A model generated the notes under the pieces. That model was not told the origin of the DNA, ran no database searches, and was given only the letters and a program-made list of their open reading frames with translations. A program made the translations under genes and the position numbers. From Halarcobacter sp. (GTDB taxonomy: Bacteria; Campylobacterota; Campylobacteria; Campylobacterales; Arcobacteraceae), in contig CP182352.1 in NCBI GenBank assembly GCA_048571215.1, forward strand, positions 2,432,001 through 2,496,000: a stretch of 64,000 bases of DNA, read 5' to 3'. Positions 53,620 through 62,562 of the stretch are shown one piece after another; within the stretch, counting starts at the first letter, position 1, and each line of letters begins with the position of its first letter.

Positions 53620-53952
53620 TCATTTACTTATTTGTTGTTCTAAAATTTTAATAAGAGTTTCTTCTTTAATATTTGTTATCTCAGTTTTTGAATAGATTTT
53701 AAGTAAATAAATATTTTCATCTTCATCTATATAATAATATATAACTCTAAAACCACCACTTTTGCCACTCTTTGATGAACTATTTTCTAATCTCATTTTA
53801 TAAAGTTTTGAAGATAACTCGATACCTACTTTTGGATTTTCATTAAGTAATTGATTTAAAGTTTTTAAATCTTGCGGAAGTTTTTTATTCTTCTTATATA
53901 ACTTTTTAACATCTTTTTTAAATGATTCTAAACTAATTATTTTCAAGTTCAT
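53620..53952 (-). CDS. Type II toxin, RelE/ParE superfamily (RelE/HigB-like)
   Basis: FKKDVKKL.KK, KMRL, GKSGGFRVIYY, LLKIYSK. Confidence 0.88.
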   Translation of the reverse strand: MNLKIISLESFKKDVKKLYKKNKKLPQDLKTLNQLLNENPKVGIELSSKLYKMRLENSSSKSGKSGGFRVIYYYIDEDENIYLLKIYSKTEITNIKEETLIKILEQQISK

Positions 53953-54208
53953 TAATCAAATCTTCTAAAGTATCATTCTTTTTCTTACTCTTTTTTGAAA
54001 TAGTTTCATTCAACTCACCACAAGCCTCATCAAACTCACTATAAAAAATATTAGCCTTTTGTTCTTCTACATAAGATTTGATAGCTTCGATAATAACTTC
54101 ACTACGATTGACAGAAAAACTCTTAGTAAATTCATCAATCTCATCAAGAAGATATTTTGGAACTCGTAGACCAACTTGTTGTTTTTCCAAGGATGATAAA
54201 TTATTCAT
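53933..54208 (-). CDS. Ribbon-helix-helix antitoxin
   Basis: VGLRVPKYLLDEID...NRSEVIIEAI, acidic tail, overlaps the toxin start. Confidence 0.85.
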   Translation of the reverse strand: MNNLSSLEKQQVGLRVPKYLLDEIDEFTKSFSVNRSEVIIEAIKSYVEEQKANIFYSEFDEACGELNETISKKSKKKNDTLEDLINELENN

Positions 54209-54231
54209 ATAAACCCTTTTTGTTTTTCTAT

Positions 54232-54260
54232 ATTATATATTATTGTTTTACAGTTGTCAA
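54232..54260 (-). promoter_or_regulatory. Toxin-antitoxin operon promoter with an imperfect palindrome in the spacer
   Basis: TTGACA (54260-54255), 17-nt spacer containing TGTaaaACA, TATAAT (54237-54232). Confidence 0.8.
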
Positions 54261-54272
54261 ATATTTATTGTT

Positions 54273-57200
54273 TTAGAAGTCATCAATGAAATCTCTCTTT
54301 TTCTCTTTTTTAATTTCTTCTTTCTTCCATTCTATTTTATTTTCAATAAATTTTCTATGCTCTAAATACTCTATTCCATTAAATAAATTTAAAAGTAATT
54401 CAAAAAACTCTAATCTTTTTTGATACATTGGGATAGCACTCCCACTCCAAGACATTGAAGTTTTTTCTAAAGACAATTCTTTAAAAATATTAACATCGCT
54501 ATTTTGAGTAATGAACTGTTTTATAAAATCTATTCTCAAATCTTCCTCTATTTGTGAAATAACTTCTTTAAAAATTAATTTTATTTTTTTATTATTTGCA
54601 ATATTTACAGAAATAAATCTTCTTAAAAAATCAATTTGTGTTTTTGTTAAACTTCCTTCTTCATTTCTATGGTCAGTTATATTGAAAAATAATCTAAGTT
54701 TATCATGTAACCTATAATCTGTTCTATTCTCATAAAAATGTTCAATTATCCTATTAAAAACCACTTCATAATCATCTCTTTTCCACAAAATGTGATACTC
54801 CCGTGCAAATGATTTTTCTTTTGTGTTATTTAAATATTCTGTAATAAAATTAATATCAATATTTAAAATTTCATTCATTGTTTTTGCATTATAATCAAAA
54901 TGATTTGAATATATATCAGATTTTAGATATAAAGATTTTAATAATGAAATATTGCTTTTAAAATATATTATCAATTTACTATTAGCTTCGTTATATGGAT
55001 TAAACAACAAATCTAAACCATGCAGAAAATTTTGATTAATCTCAGATTTGTCATACAGTATTTGCGCAATTTTAACAAAAATTTCATTATCAACTTCCCA
55101 ATACTTAACTATAAAACCAGTATTATAAGGAATATTTTGGGGATTTTTTTCTTCCCTATAAAGAATTAATAAATTATCTACATCCTTCTTTAAAATATCT
55201 TCTTTTTTTATGTGAGCAGAAAAAGCAAAAGAAAACTTATTTTTATAGTTGTCATTTAAATTATTTACAAACTCTTCAACAAAAACTTTTGTTTTCAATT
55301 CTAGTAAACTTTTGATAATTATATGTTCATTAAATTTGAAAGTATATGTTACATTTACAATATGATTTATTAATTCATAATACATCTCATCAAATTTTGA
55401 TGCTAAAACTACCAATAACCTATTAATATTACTAGTTAATTGATAAGGTTCTCTATTGTTAACATTTAAATGATTGAGTTCATTTAATACATCAAATAAG
55501 TTTTTAAATTCTTTTATTGAAAAATTCTCTATATAATTAAAAATCTCTTTTTTAATTAATTCTTCTGATTCAGATATATCAATATTTTTATCTTTATTAT
55601 AAAAATCTCCATAATCTAAATAAAACACTTTTTCAATATTCATATAATCATGTTTGAATTTATTTCTCAAACTTTCATCATAAGGAATAGAATATTTTTC
55701 CCACAAATCACATAAATATATAACTGCTTTTACTTCTAAATAATTGTTCGTTGAAAAAAATTTGTAAATATATTCTGTAATTATTTCTTTATCCCAAATC
55801 TCAACATCTGAAGTTTTTGATTCCCATCCATAACGATAATCAAGAATAAATTCTATAAGCTTTTTATCATCTTTTTTATATAGAGTAAAAAGAATCTTCC
55901 AAATTGTTTTTCTCAATATTTTCAAAGCATCATTTTCTACTAATTTAAAAGTATAAATAATAATACTTCTTTCTTCTGACTCAGTAGATTGAAATTGTGT
56001 CTGTAAATAATATCTACCTAGGTCATATAAAAGATTTAAATATATAATTTCATTTTTATTTACTTTGTCTATTATCTTATCTACAATATATTGCTGAATA
56101 ATATAGTCTTCTTTATAAGAATATCTATTAAATCCGAAACTATTTTTTAAAACTTCTAAAAACTTTTCATAGATTTTTTCATTTTTATCAAAATACATAA
56201 ATAATAAATCGATGACCTCTTTGTAGTGTTCATAGTCATTACTAAATATTTTAATAAGTTCTAAAATCTTGTCATCAGCATATTTTTCGCTATTTATGTT
56301 TTCAATATCTTCTTCAGATAGATTTTCAATTAATACTTTTATATAAACTAAATTTCCCGTCCTATCTAAATACCAAAAAAATTTAACTAATTCATACTCT
56401 TTACTAAAATCACCTTGAGACTCTTTCTTTAATCTCTCAAATGGTATCTTCAATTTTTCTGATACAAAGGTAAAATCAAAGCTATTAAATATAGGATTTA
56501 ATACATCATTTAGTTTTTTGTTTTGTAATAGAAAGAAACTATTTATAAAAATATCTATATCTAAAATATTTTCAAGAAAAACCACCTTATAAAAAAGATA
56601 GGTTGATAAAATTTGGTCAGATATTTTTACAACTTCATCTTCATATAAATCAACAATCTCTAATTCATTTAGTTGTTTAACCTTTTCCCAAAATAAATCT
56701 ATTTTTATAGAAAATATTTCTTCAAGTTGTGTTATTTGTATTTCATTTGATTTATCAATACTTCTATAAAATGAAATAATAGCAATCACTTTCATTAATT
56801 CTATATCATTAAATAAATCTATTTCTTCGCTAACTGCTTTATAATAAATATCATATACTTTTGATATATCATTTATACTACTTAAATCATTAGTATCTCT
56901 TGCAATCTTAGAAATCATAACAGCCAGCCTAGGGTTACCTTTAGATAGATATTCAATTCTTTCAATATACATAGGATTTTTGATATTAAAATCATTTACT
57001 ATAATAGATTTAATTGCTTCTTTTCCCAACTGGTTTACTTTTATCTCTACATAGCTAAAAATTCTATCAGATAAGAGTTTTATAATATTATCTTTTGCAT
57101 AATCTCTTACAGTCATCACAATCTTTAACTTATTATCAACAATCTTCTCAGGATAAAGTTGTAACAAATAATCAAGTGCTAAATGAATACGATTTACATC

Positions 57201-57851
57201 ATCAAGAAAAATCACATATTTTTTATTCCCATTAAAAAAGCTATTAATATCTTCAAAAAAATCAGCTCCTCTTCTAATTATACAAACTGACTCATAACTT
57301 GAGTCCTTGCAAAATTCTTTAATTGATTCTATTGCTAATCTACTTTTTCCAATACCAGATTTACCCGATATTATTAAGAAGTTATTCACTCTTAACTTAT
57401 CAATAATATCAGCTTTTTCTTCTTTCCTTCCATACAAATTAATATCTAATGGAGTTGCAAATTTATTGTATTGATAATTATCAATAAACTCATTAAGTTT
57501 TAAAATTTGTCTAGTTGATATTTTACGTTGATAAGTTATTTCTAGAACTCTTAAAAAAATTATTGCAGTAGAAAATAAAAAAGCTATAACAACAATTAAC
57601 CAACTCCCACCTGAAATAAAAATATCCACAATTTGTATTAATAATTTTTCTTTTGGAGGTATATAACTTTTTATTAATAAATTTAATTCTTCACTTATTG
57701 TTAATAATGTGATGTTAAATATAATTGTTAAAAAAAATCTCCAGACTAAAGTGAAATAAGACAAAGGCTTAATAAACCATTGAACTAATTTATTGTCAAA
57801 AACTATTTCGGTGAATTTATTAAAATTCTTTAGCTTTTCAATATAATGCAT
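54273..57851 (-). CDS. 1192-aa protein: two N-terminal TM helices, STAND-like P-loop NTPase, long helical C-terminus; candidate anti-phage protein
   Basis: LYGRKEE, Walker A GKSGIGKS, Walker B YVIFLDD, sensor-1 IVMTVR, GNP motif; hydrophobic segments near residues 30-52 and 76-102. Confidence 0.75.
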   Translation of the reverse strand: MHYIEKLKNFNKFTEIVFDNKLVQWFIKPLSYFTLVWRFFLTIIFNITLLTISEELNLLIKSYIPPKEKLLIQIVDIFISGGSWLIVVIAFLFSTAIIFLRVLEITYQRKISTRQILKLNEFIDNYQYNKFATPLDINLYGRKEEKADIIDKLRVNNFLIISGKSGIGKSRLAIESIKEFCKDSSYESVCIIRRGADFFEDINSFFNGNKKYVIFLDDVNRIHLALDYLLQLYPEKIVDNKLKIVMTVRDYAKDNIIKLLSDRIFSYVEIKVNQLGKEAIKSIIVNDFNIKNPMYIERIEYLSKGNPRLAVMISKIARDTNDLSSINDISKVYDIYYKAVSEEIDLFNDIELMKVIAIISFYRSIDKSNEIQITQLEEIFSIKIDLFWEKVKQLNELEIVDLYEDEVVKISDQILSTYLFYKVVFLENILDIDIFINSFFLLQNKKLNDVLNPIFNSFDFTFVSEKLKIPFERLKKESQGDFSKEYELVKFFWYLDRTGNLVYIKVLIENLSEEDIENINSEKYADDKILELIKIFSNDYEHYKEVIDLLFMYFDKNEKIYEKFLEVLKNSFGFNRYSYKEDYIIQQYIVDKIIDKVNKNEIIYLNLLYDLGRYYLQTQFQSTESEERSIIIYTFKLVENDALKILRKTIWKILFTLYKKDDKKLIEFILDYRYGWESKTSDVEIWDKEIITEYIYKFFSTNNYLEVKAVIYLCDLWEKYSIPYDESLRNKFKHDYMNIEKVFYLDYGDFYNKDKNIDISESEELIKKEIFNYIENFSIKEFKNLFDVLNELNHLNVNNREPYQLTSNINRLLVVLASKFDEMYYELINHIVNVTYTFKFNEHIIIKSLLELKTKVFVEEFVNNLNDNYKNKFSFAFSAHIKKEDILKKDVDNLLILYREEKNPQNIPYNTGFIVKYWEVDNEIFVKIAQILYDKSEINQNFLHGLDLLFNPYNEANSKLIIYFKSNISLLKSLYLKSDIYSNHFDYNAKTMNEILNIDINFITEYLNNTKEKSFAREYHILWKRDDYEVVFNRIIEHFYENRTDYRLHDKLRLFFNITDHRNEEGSLTKTQIDFLRRFISVNIANNKKIKLIFKEVISQIEEDLRIDFIKQFITQNSDVNIFKELSLEKTSMSWSGSAIPMYQKRLEFFELLLNLFNGIEYLEHRKFIENKIEWKKEEIKKEKKRDFIDDF

Positions 57852-57904
57852 AAAGTATCCTATAAATAATTTATATACATATTATAGTAGTATTATTTTA
57901 AAAT

Positions 57905-58039
57905 AAATAGAAAATTGTAGATTTTTTTAAAGCTCAAGGCGAAGAGTAAGATTTGTGAAGGAGCTTACATGAAAGTAAGTGACTAAATAAATCTTACTCT
58001 TCAACGCAGAGATTTAGAAAAAGATGCAGTTTTATATTT
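57905..58039. mobile_element. About 130-bp imperfect palindrome (MITE/REP-like) between mfd and the NTPase gene
   Basis: Nested arms gaagagtaagattt / aaatcttactcttc (14-bp perfect), gcttac / gtaagt, ttttttaaagctc / gagatttagaaaa; no ORF. Confidence 0.65.
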
Positions 58040-61000
58040 ATTTTTTTCTCAAGTATTTTAATGCTGTCGCTATAATATCATCGTCATCTTTGCTTGGACT
58101 TTTTATTGTCTCTTTTGTATCATCTGCTTTAGTAAAGGTAACATTCATTTCGTATGAACTCACTGCTTTAATTGCTTTTTGGATACTTAAAATTTTTACC
58201 ATAATTAATTCTAAAAACTGTTTTGTTGGAGTATCTGGTTTACCAAATCTATCCTCCATCTCTTCTTCTATTGCATACACCTCTTGCTTATCATGACATT
58301 TTGAAAGTCTTCTATATAGTTCCAATCTTACCCTATCTTCAACTATATAATCATTGCTAATATAAGCAGAAATAGCAAGTTTTAAATCAACAGTTTTTGA
58401 CTCCTCTTTTGTATCACCATTTAGAGTTGCTAAAGCATCTTCTAACATCTTTAAGTAAAGCCCATAACCTATTTGTTTGATATGTCCACTTTGGGCTTCT
58501 CCTATGATATTTCCACCACCTCTTATCTCTAGATCTTGATGAGCTAGGGCTGTTCCACTTCCTAAATATGAATTTGTTTCTAAGGCAACTAATCTTTTTA
58601 TAGCATCATTTGTAATTTGTTTTTTATCCTCAACCACATAATAACAAAATCCCTCTTTGTCACTTCGTCCAACTCTTCCTCTTAGTTGATGAAGGTCTGC
58701 TATACCAAACCTATCAGCTCCATCAATCACAATTGAGTTTGCATTTGGTAAATGAAGTCCTGATTCAACTATTGAAGTTGCAAGTAAGATATCAAACTCT
58801 TTAGTATCAAATCTTTCAATAATCTTTTCAGCCTCCAAAGGTTTTATTTTTGAGTGGATAACCTCTATTTTTATATTTGGAACAATTTGTTGTATATCCT
58901 CTTTTTTAGCCTCTATTGAAGCTATGTTATTGTGTACATAAAAAAGTTGTCCGCCCCTTCTTTTTTCTCTAAGGATTATCTCTTTTATAAGTTTATCACT
59001 ATACTCTTTTACATAGGTTCTTACCCCTAATCTTTCCGTTGGTGGGGTTAATAAACTACTCATACCTTTTAGTTTACTAAGGGCTAGATTTAGTGTTCTT
59101 GGAATTGGGGTTGCACTCATAGAAAAAATATGTACATCTTCTCTAAGTGCTTTTAGTTTCTCTTTTTGTTTTACCCCAAACTTATGCTCTTCATCTATAA
59201 TAACCAAAGCTAAATTGTGGGTTTTTACACTAAGAAGGGAGTGGGTTCCAATTACTAATTGTAAAGAGCCATCAGCTAATGCTTTTTTAACTTCTGTTTT
59301 CTCTTTTGCAGTAGATTGTCCATCTAGTTTTCCAATTTTTATACCAAAACCTTCAAACCTTTTTTTCATACTATGATAGTGTTGTGATGCCAAAAGTGTA
59401 GTTGGACAAACAAATACAGCCTGATAACCATCTAAAACTGTAGCAAGGATTGCATTCATGGCAACCTCTGTTTTCCCAAAACCAACATCTCCACTTAAAA
59501 GTCTATCCATCACTCGACCACTATTTAAATCTGTAAATATCTCTTTTACACTTCTTTTTTGATCTTTTGTATACTCAAATCCTGCACTATATTCGAACTC
59601 TTCAAGTAATTTTTTCTGAGTATTTATTTTTATACCATTTACAAGTTCCCTTGCAGCTGCCATTTTTATAATATCATTTGCAATAGCAAATAATCTATCT
59701 TTTACTTTCTCTTTTAGTTTGGCAAAACTTCCTTTACCTAACTTATCCACAACAGCATAGGAACTACCATCTGCAACATATCTATCTATTAAATCTATAT
59801 TTTCAACAGGCAATAAAAGCTTATCATCTCCCGCATACATCACAACTACAAAGTCTCTTTTAGCACCCATTACAACAAAGGGTTCTATCCCTTTATATTG
59901 ACCTATACCGTGGGTTTCATGAACTACAAAATCTCCACTTTGTAACTCATCAAGTACAAGTTTTACCTTTTTTTTACGCTTCTTTTTTATCTCTTTATTT
60001 AGTGAAATTATAACTTCATCATTTGTAAGAACATTTATAATATAGTTTTCAAAACAATAGTTTATATTTTTGTTTGTAAGGTCTAAATCAAAAGCTTTTA
60101 CTTTTGCTTCAGTTGAAGAGATAATGGTTACTTTTTTACCCTCATGAAATGTTAAAAACTCTTTTATATTTGATGGGGCTATCTCTTTTGCATCTTTTGC
60201 ATTATAGATTTGTGGTGTAGCTAAAAACTTATCTTTATTAAGTCTTTTTTCTTCAAAAACATAAGCTTCATCAAGTTCATCTAAAGCATCTTGGGTTATA
60301 TATGAATTTAGATTTTGAGGAAGGTATTCTCCTAATTCGTCTAAATACCAAAATCCCAAAGAGTGAATATCTTTTATAAAAGCATCACTGTTTACTGCAT
60401 CTATTTTTTCATTTATATCCTCTAAAGCACTCTCATCCAAAGCTAAAAATGCAGGAGATATTTTAAAACTTTCTATCTCCTCCTTTTCACTTTTTTGCTC
60501 TTCAATATCAAATTTTCTAATACTCTCAACTTCATCATCAAAAAGTGAAACCCTATATCCTATCTCACTTCCCAAAGGACAAATATCTACTATATCCCCA
60601 CGAATTGAAACCTCCCCTTCACTTGTGACAATATCTACAAAGTAGTATCCCCAATTGAAAAGTTTGCTTTTAAACTCTTCAAGATTTAAGGTATCTGCAA
60701 AAGAGATTTCAAAAGAATCAAAACATTTCTCTTTTGGCATAGGAAAACTAATAGTTCTAATAGGAGCAATTAATATTTTGTCCTCTTTTTTATAAGAGTA
60801 ATAATCATTTAAAGTTTTAGTTATCTCTTGAAGCTCACTAGAGAAAGAGAGTAAATCATCCCCAAAATTAGCTCTAAAATCTGCTAAAGCAAAAGCTTTA
60901 AATCCTAAAAAAGAGACTATATCTGAAGCTATTTGGGCTTGCCTATCATCATTTACAATTAAAAGCTGACATTTTTTTAAATTTTTGTCATCTTTTAAAT

Positions 61001-61052
61001 TTTTTCTTGTGCTTTGCACTCTCTGTGAGAAAAATTCGTATATACTGTTCAC
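58038..61052 (-). CDS. mfd: Transcription-repair coupling factor
   Basis: CarD-like VVHETHGIG, GDVGFGKTEVA, DEEH, SATPIPRT, QLRGRVGR, TRCF tail. Confidence 0.96.
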   Translation of the reverse strand: MNSIYEFFSQRVQSTRKNLKDDKNLKKCQLLIVNDDRQAQIASDIVSFLGFKAFALADFRANFGDDLLSFSSELQEITKTLNDYYSYKKEDKILIAPIRTISFPMPKEKCFDSFEISFADTLNLEEFKSKLFNWGYYFVDIVTSEGEVSIRGDIVDICPLGSEIGYRVSLFDDEVESIRKFDIEEQKSEKEEIESFKISPAFLALDESALEDINEKIDAVNSDAFIKDIHSLGFWYLDELGEYLPQNLNSYITQDALDELDEAYVFEEKRLNKDKFLATPQIYNAKDAKEIAPSNIKEFLTFHEGKKVTIISSTEAKVKAFDLDLTNKNINYCFENYIINVLTNDEVIISLNKEIKKKRKKKVKLVLDELQSGDFVVHETHGIGQYKGIEPFVVMGAKRDFVVVMYAGDDKLLLPVENIDLIDRYVADGSSYAVVDKLGKGSFAKLKEKVKDRLFAIANDIIKMAAARELVNGIKINTQKKLLEEFEYSAGFEYTKDQKRSVKEIFTDLNSGRVMDRLLSGDVGFGKTEVAMNAILATVLDGYQAVFVCPTTLLASQHYHSMKKRFEGFGIKIGKLDGQSTAKEKTEVKKALADGSLQLVIGTHSLLSVKTHNLALVIIDEEHKFGVKQKEKLKALREDVHIFSMSATPIPRTLNLALSKLKGMSSLLTPPTERLGVRTYVKEYSDKLIKEIILREKRRGGQLFYVHNNIASIEAKKEDIQQIVPNIKIEVIHSKIKPLEAEKIIERFDTKEFDILLATSIVESGLHLPNANSIVIDGADRFGIADLHQLRGRVGRSDKEGFCYYVVEDKKQITNDAIKRLVALETNSYLGSGTALAHQDLEIRGGGNIIGEAQSGHIKQIGYGLYLKMLEDALATLNGDTKEESKTVDLKLAISAYISNDYIVEDRVRLELYRRLSKCHDKQEVYAIEEEMEDRFGKPDTPTKQFLELIMVKILSIQKAIKAVSSYEMNVTFTKADDTKETIKSPSKDDDDIIATALKYLRKK

Positions 61053-61054
61053 TA

Positions 61055-61351
61055 CTACTGTTTAACCTCTTCAAAATCGTTTGTATTTTTATCATAATAA
61101 TAAGCGGGATAAGGTATCTCATTTAACAAAAAGATTATATTTGCCTTTTTAAAATTTGTTTTTTGTAAACCTTTTTTAAAAATTTCTAAAATATAAGCTT
61201 TTGTAGAAAATGTAGTTGTTGAAGAGCTTGCAGTATATACAAAGTTTTCCCCCTCTACTGGCGAAAAGCCTTCCCTTGAAACATGTTTTTCAAACTTTTG
61301 TTTATCCTCTAAACCCTCAACTTCTAATAATACTAATACTTCTATACTCAT
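61055..61351 (-). CDS. Hypothetical protein (98 aa)
   Basis: ORF packed between the DUF445 gene and mfd; start moved to MSIEV at 61351 (AGGA upstream). Confidence 0.7.
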   Translation of the reverse strand: MSIEVLVLLEVEGLEDKQKFEKHVSREGFSPVEGENFVYTASSSTTTFSTKAYILEIFKKGLQKTNFKKANIIFLLNEIPYPAYYYDKNTNDFEEVKQ

Positions 61352-61358
61352 AATAATC

Positions 61359-62069
61359 CTAATTTGTAAGTAATGTAGATAAAAATCCAATCAGTCCACC
61401 AAATACCGCACCCCAAATAACAAGCCAACCTAAGTGTTCTTTTATCATCTCTTGAACTATCTCTTTTACCATTTTAGGTGTTAGTTCATCTAATCTTGCA
61501 TTTACTATGCCACTTAATTTTTCATATATATCACTTGAAAAGTTATCAGATTTTACAGCTTCATTTAAAACCTTTTGAAAAGAATCTGTTTGTGATATTT
61601 TTATAATAGAAACTTGTAGTTTTTTTGTAAATGGTTCTTTTAATGGTTCAAGGGCAGCTTCTCCACCAAACATCCCTAACATTCCACCAAAAGGTGACTC
61701 AATCACTGCTTCTTTTAGAGAATCATAAGCAGGACTAAAATCTGTTTTATTTAAAATATGTTCAAAATCTATTGTATTTTTTGCACTATCAACCTCATCT
61801 TCAAAAAATCTTTTTAAATTCTCTTTTGTAAAAAATTGATTCATTAGAAGGTTATGAATAGATAGTTTAAATTGTTCAAACTTACTTTCAATCACACCAC
61901 TTCCATATAAAAATGGAACTTTTTCAAATAACATATGAATAGCTAAAGTATTTGTAACTGCTCCACTTAGTGCAAATAGTCCTACCATAAATACCGTATG
62001 GTTATCATTTGAGTAACCAAATGCCATAACTAAAACTGTAAATATATTTGTAATATCTGATTTATTCAT
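61359..62069 (-). CDS. DUF445-family membrane protein
   Basis: GAVTNTLAIHMLF, GSGVI, C-terminal HLGWLVIWGAVFGGLIG. Confidence 0.85.
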   Translation of the reverse strand: MNKSDITNIFTVLVMAFGYSNDNHTVFMVGLFALSGAVTNTLAIHMLFEKVPFLYGSGVIESKFEQFKLSIHNLLMNQFFTKENLKRFFEDEVDSAKNTIDFEHILNKTDFSPAYDSLKEAVIESPFGGMLGMFGGEAALEPLKEPFTKKLQVSIIKISQTDSFQKVLNEAVKSDNFSSDIYEKLSGIVNARLDELTPKMVKEIVQEMIKEHLGWLVIWGAVFGGLIGFLSTLLTN

Positions 62070-62128
62070 AGTAAAACCCTTTTTTTTTAAGGGATTTTAC
62101 CATAAATTTTTAAAAGAAGTTTTAACTC

Positions 62129-62554
62129 TTATTTTGAAAGCTTTATAATTTTTTTCCATTGCTCCTCAGTGAAGATTTTTTTGAAAGTATTAAATGCATC
62201 AATTTTTATATCTATCGCATCTCTTTTTAATTTAGAAATTTTATCTAAATCCTCTTTTAACTCTTTTGGTGTTGAACCTTTTAAAACTTTTCTTTGAACC
62301 CTTTTTTCAATAGGGAAAGCTTTTCTAATTAAGCCTTGAAACTTAGGGGGATAAACTTGTTTTACCTCTTTTGATACTCTACTCATTTGCTCTTTAGTAA
62401 TGGCCAGCTCTTTTTTATTCATCTTAATTATTTTTCCAATATGTGGAAGTAAAATCAACTCATTTATTTTAAACTTATTGCTTTTCCCTGCCTCTTTTGC
62501 ATTAATATTGCTTGTGAATAAGCAAACAAACAAAACTATAAATATATTTTTCAT
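62129..62554 (-). CDS. Exported helical protein, Spy/CpxP-like
   Basis: Signal peptide, ITKEQ and FTEEQW (LTxxQ-like) motifs. Confidence 0.6.
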   Translation of the reverse strand: MKNIFIVLFVCLFTSNINAKEAGKSNKFKINELILLPHIGKIIKMNKKELAITKEQMSRVSKEVKQVYPPKFQGLIRKAFPIEKRVQRKVLKGSTPKELKEDLDKISKLKRDAIDIKIDAFNTFKKIFTEEQWKKIIKLSK

Positions 62555-62562
62555 TTTAATCC

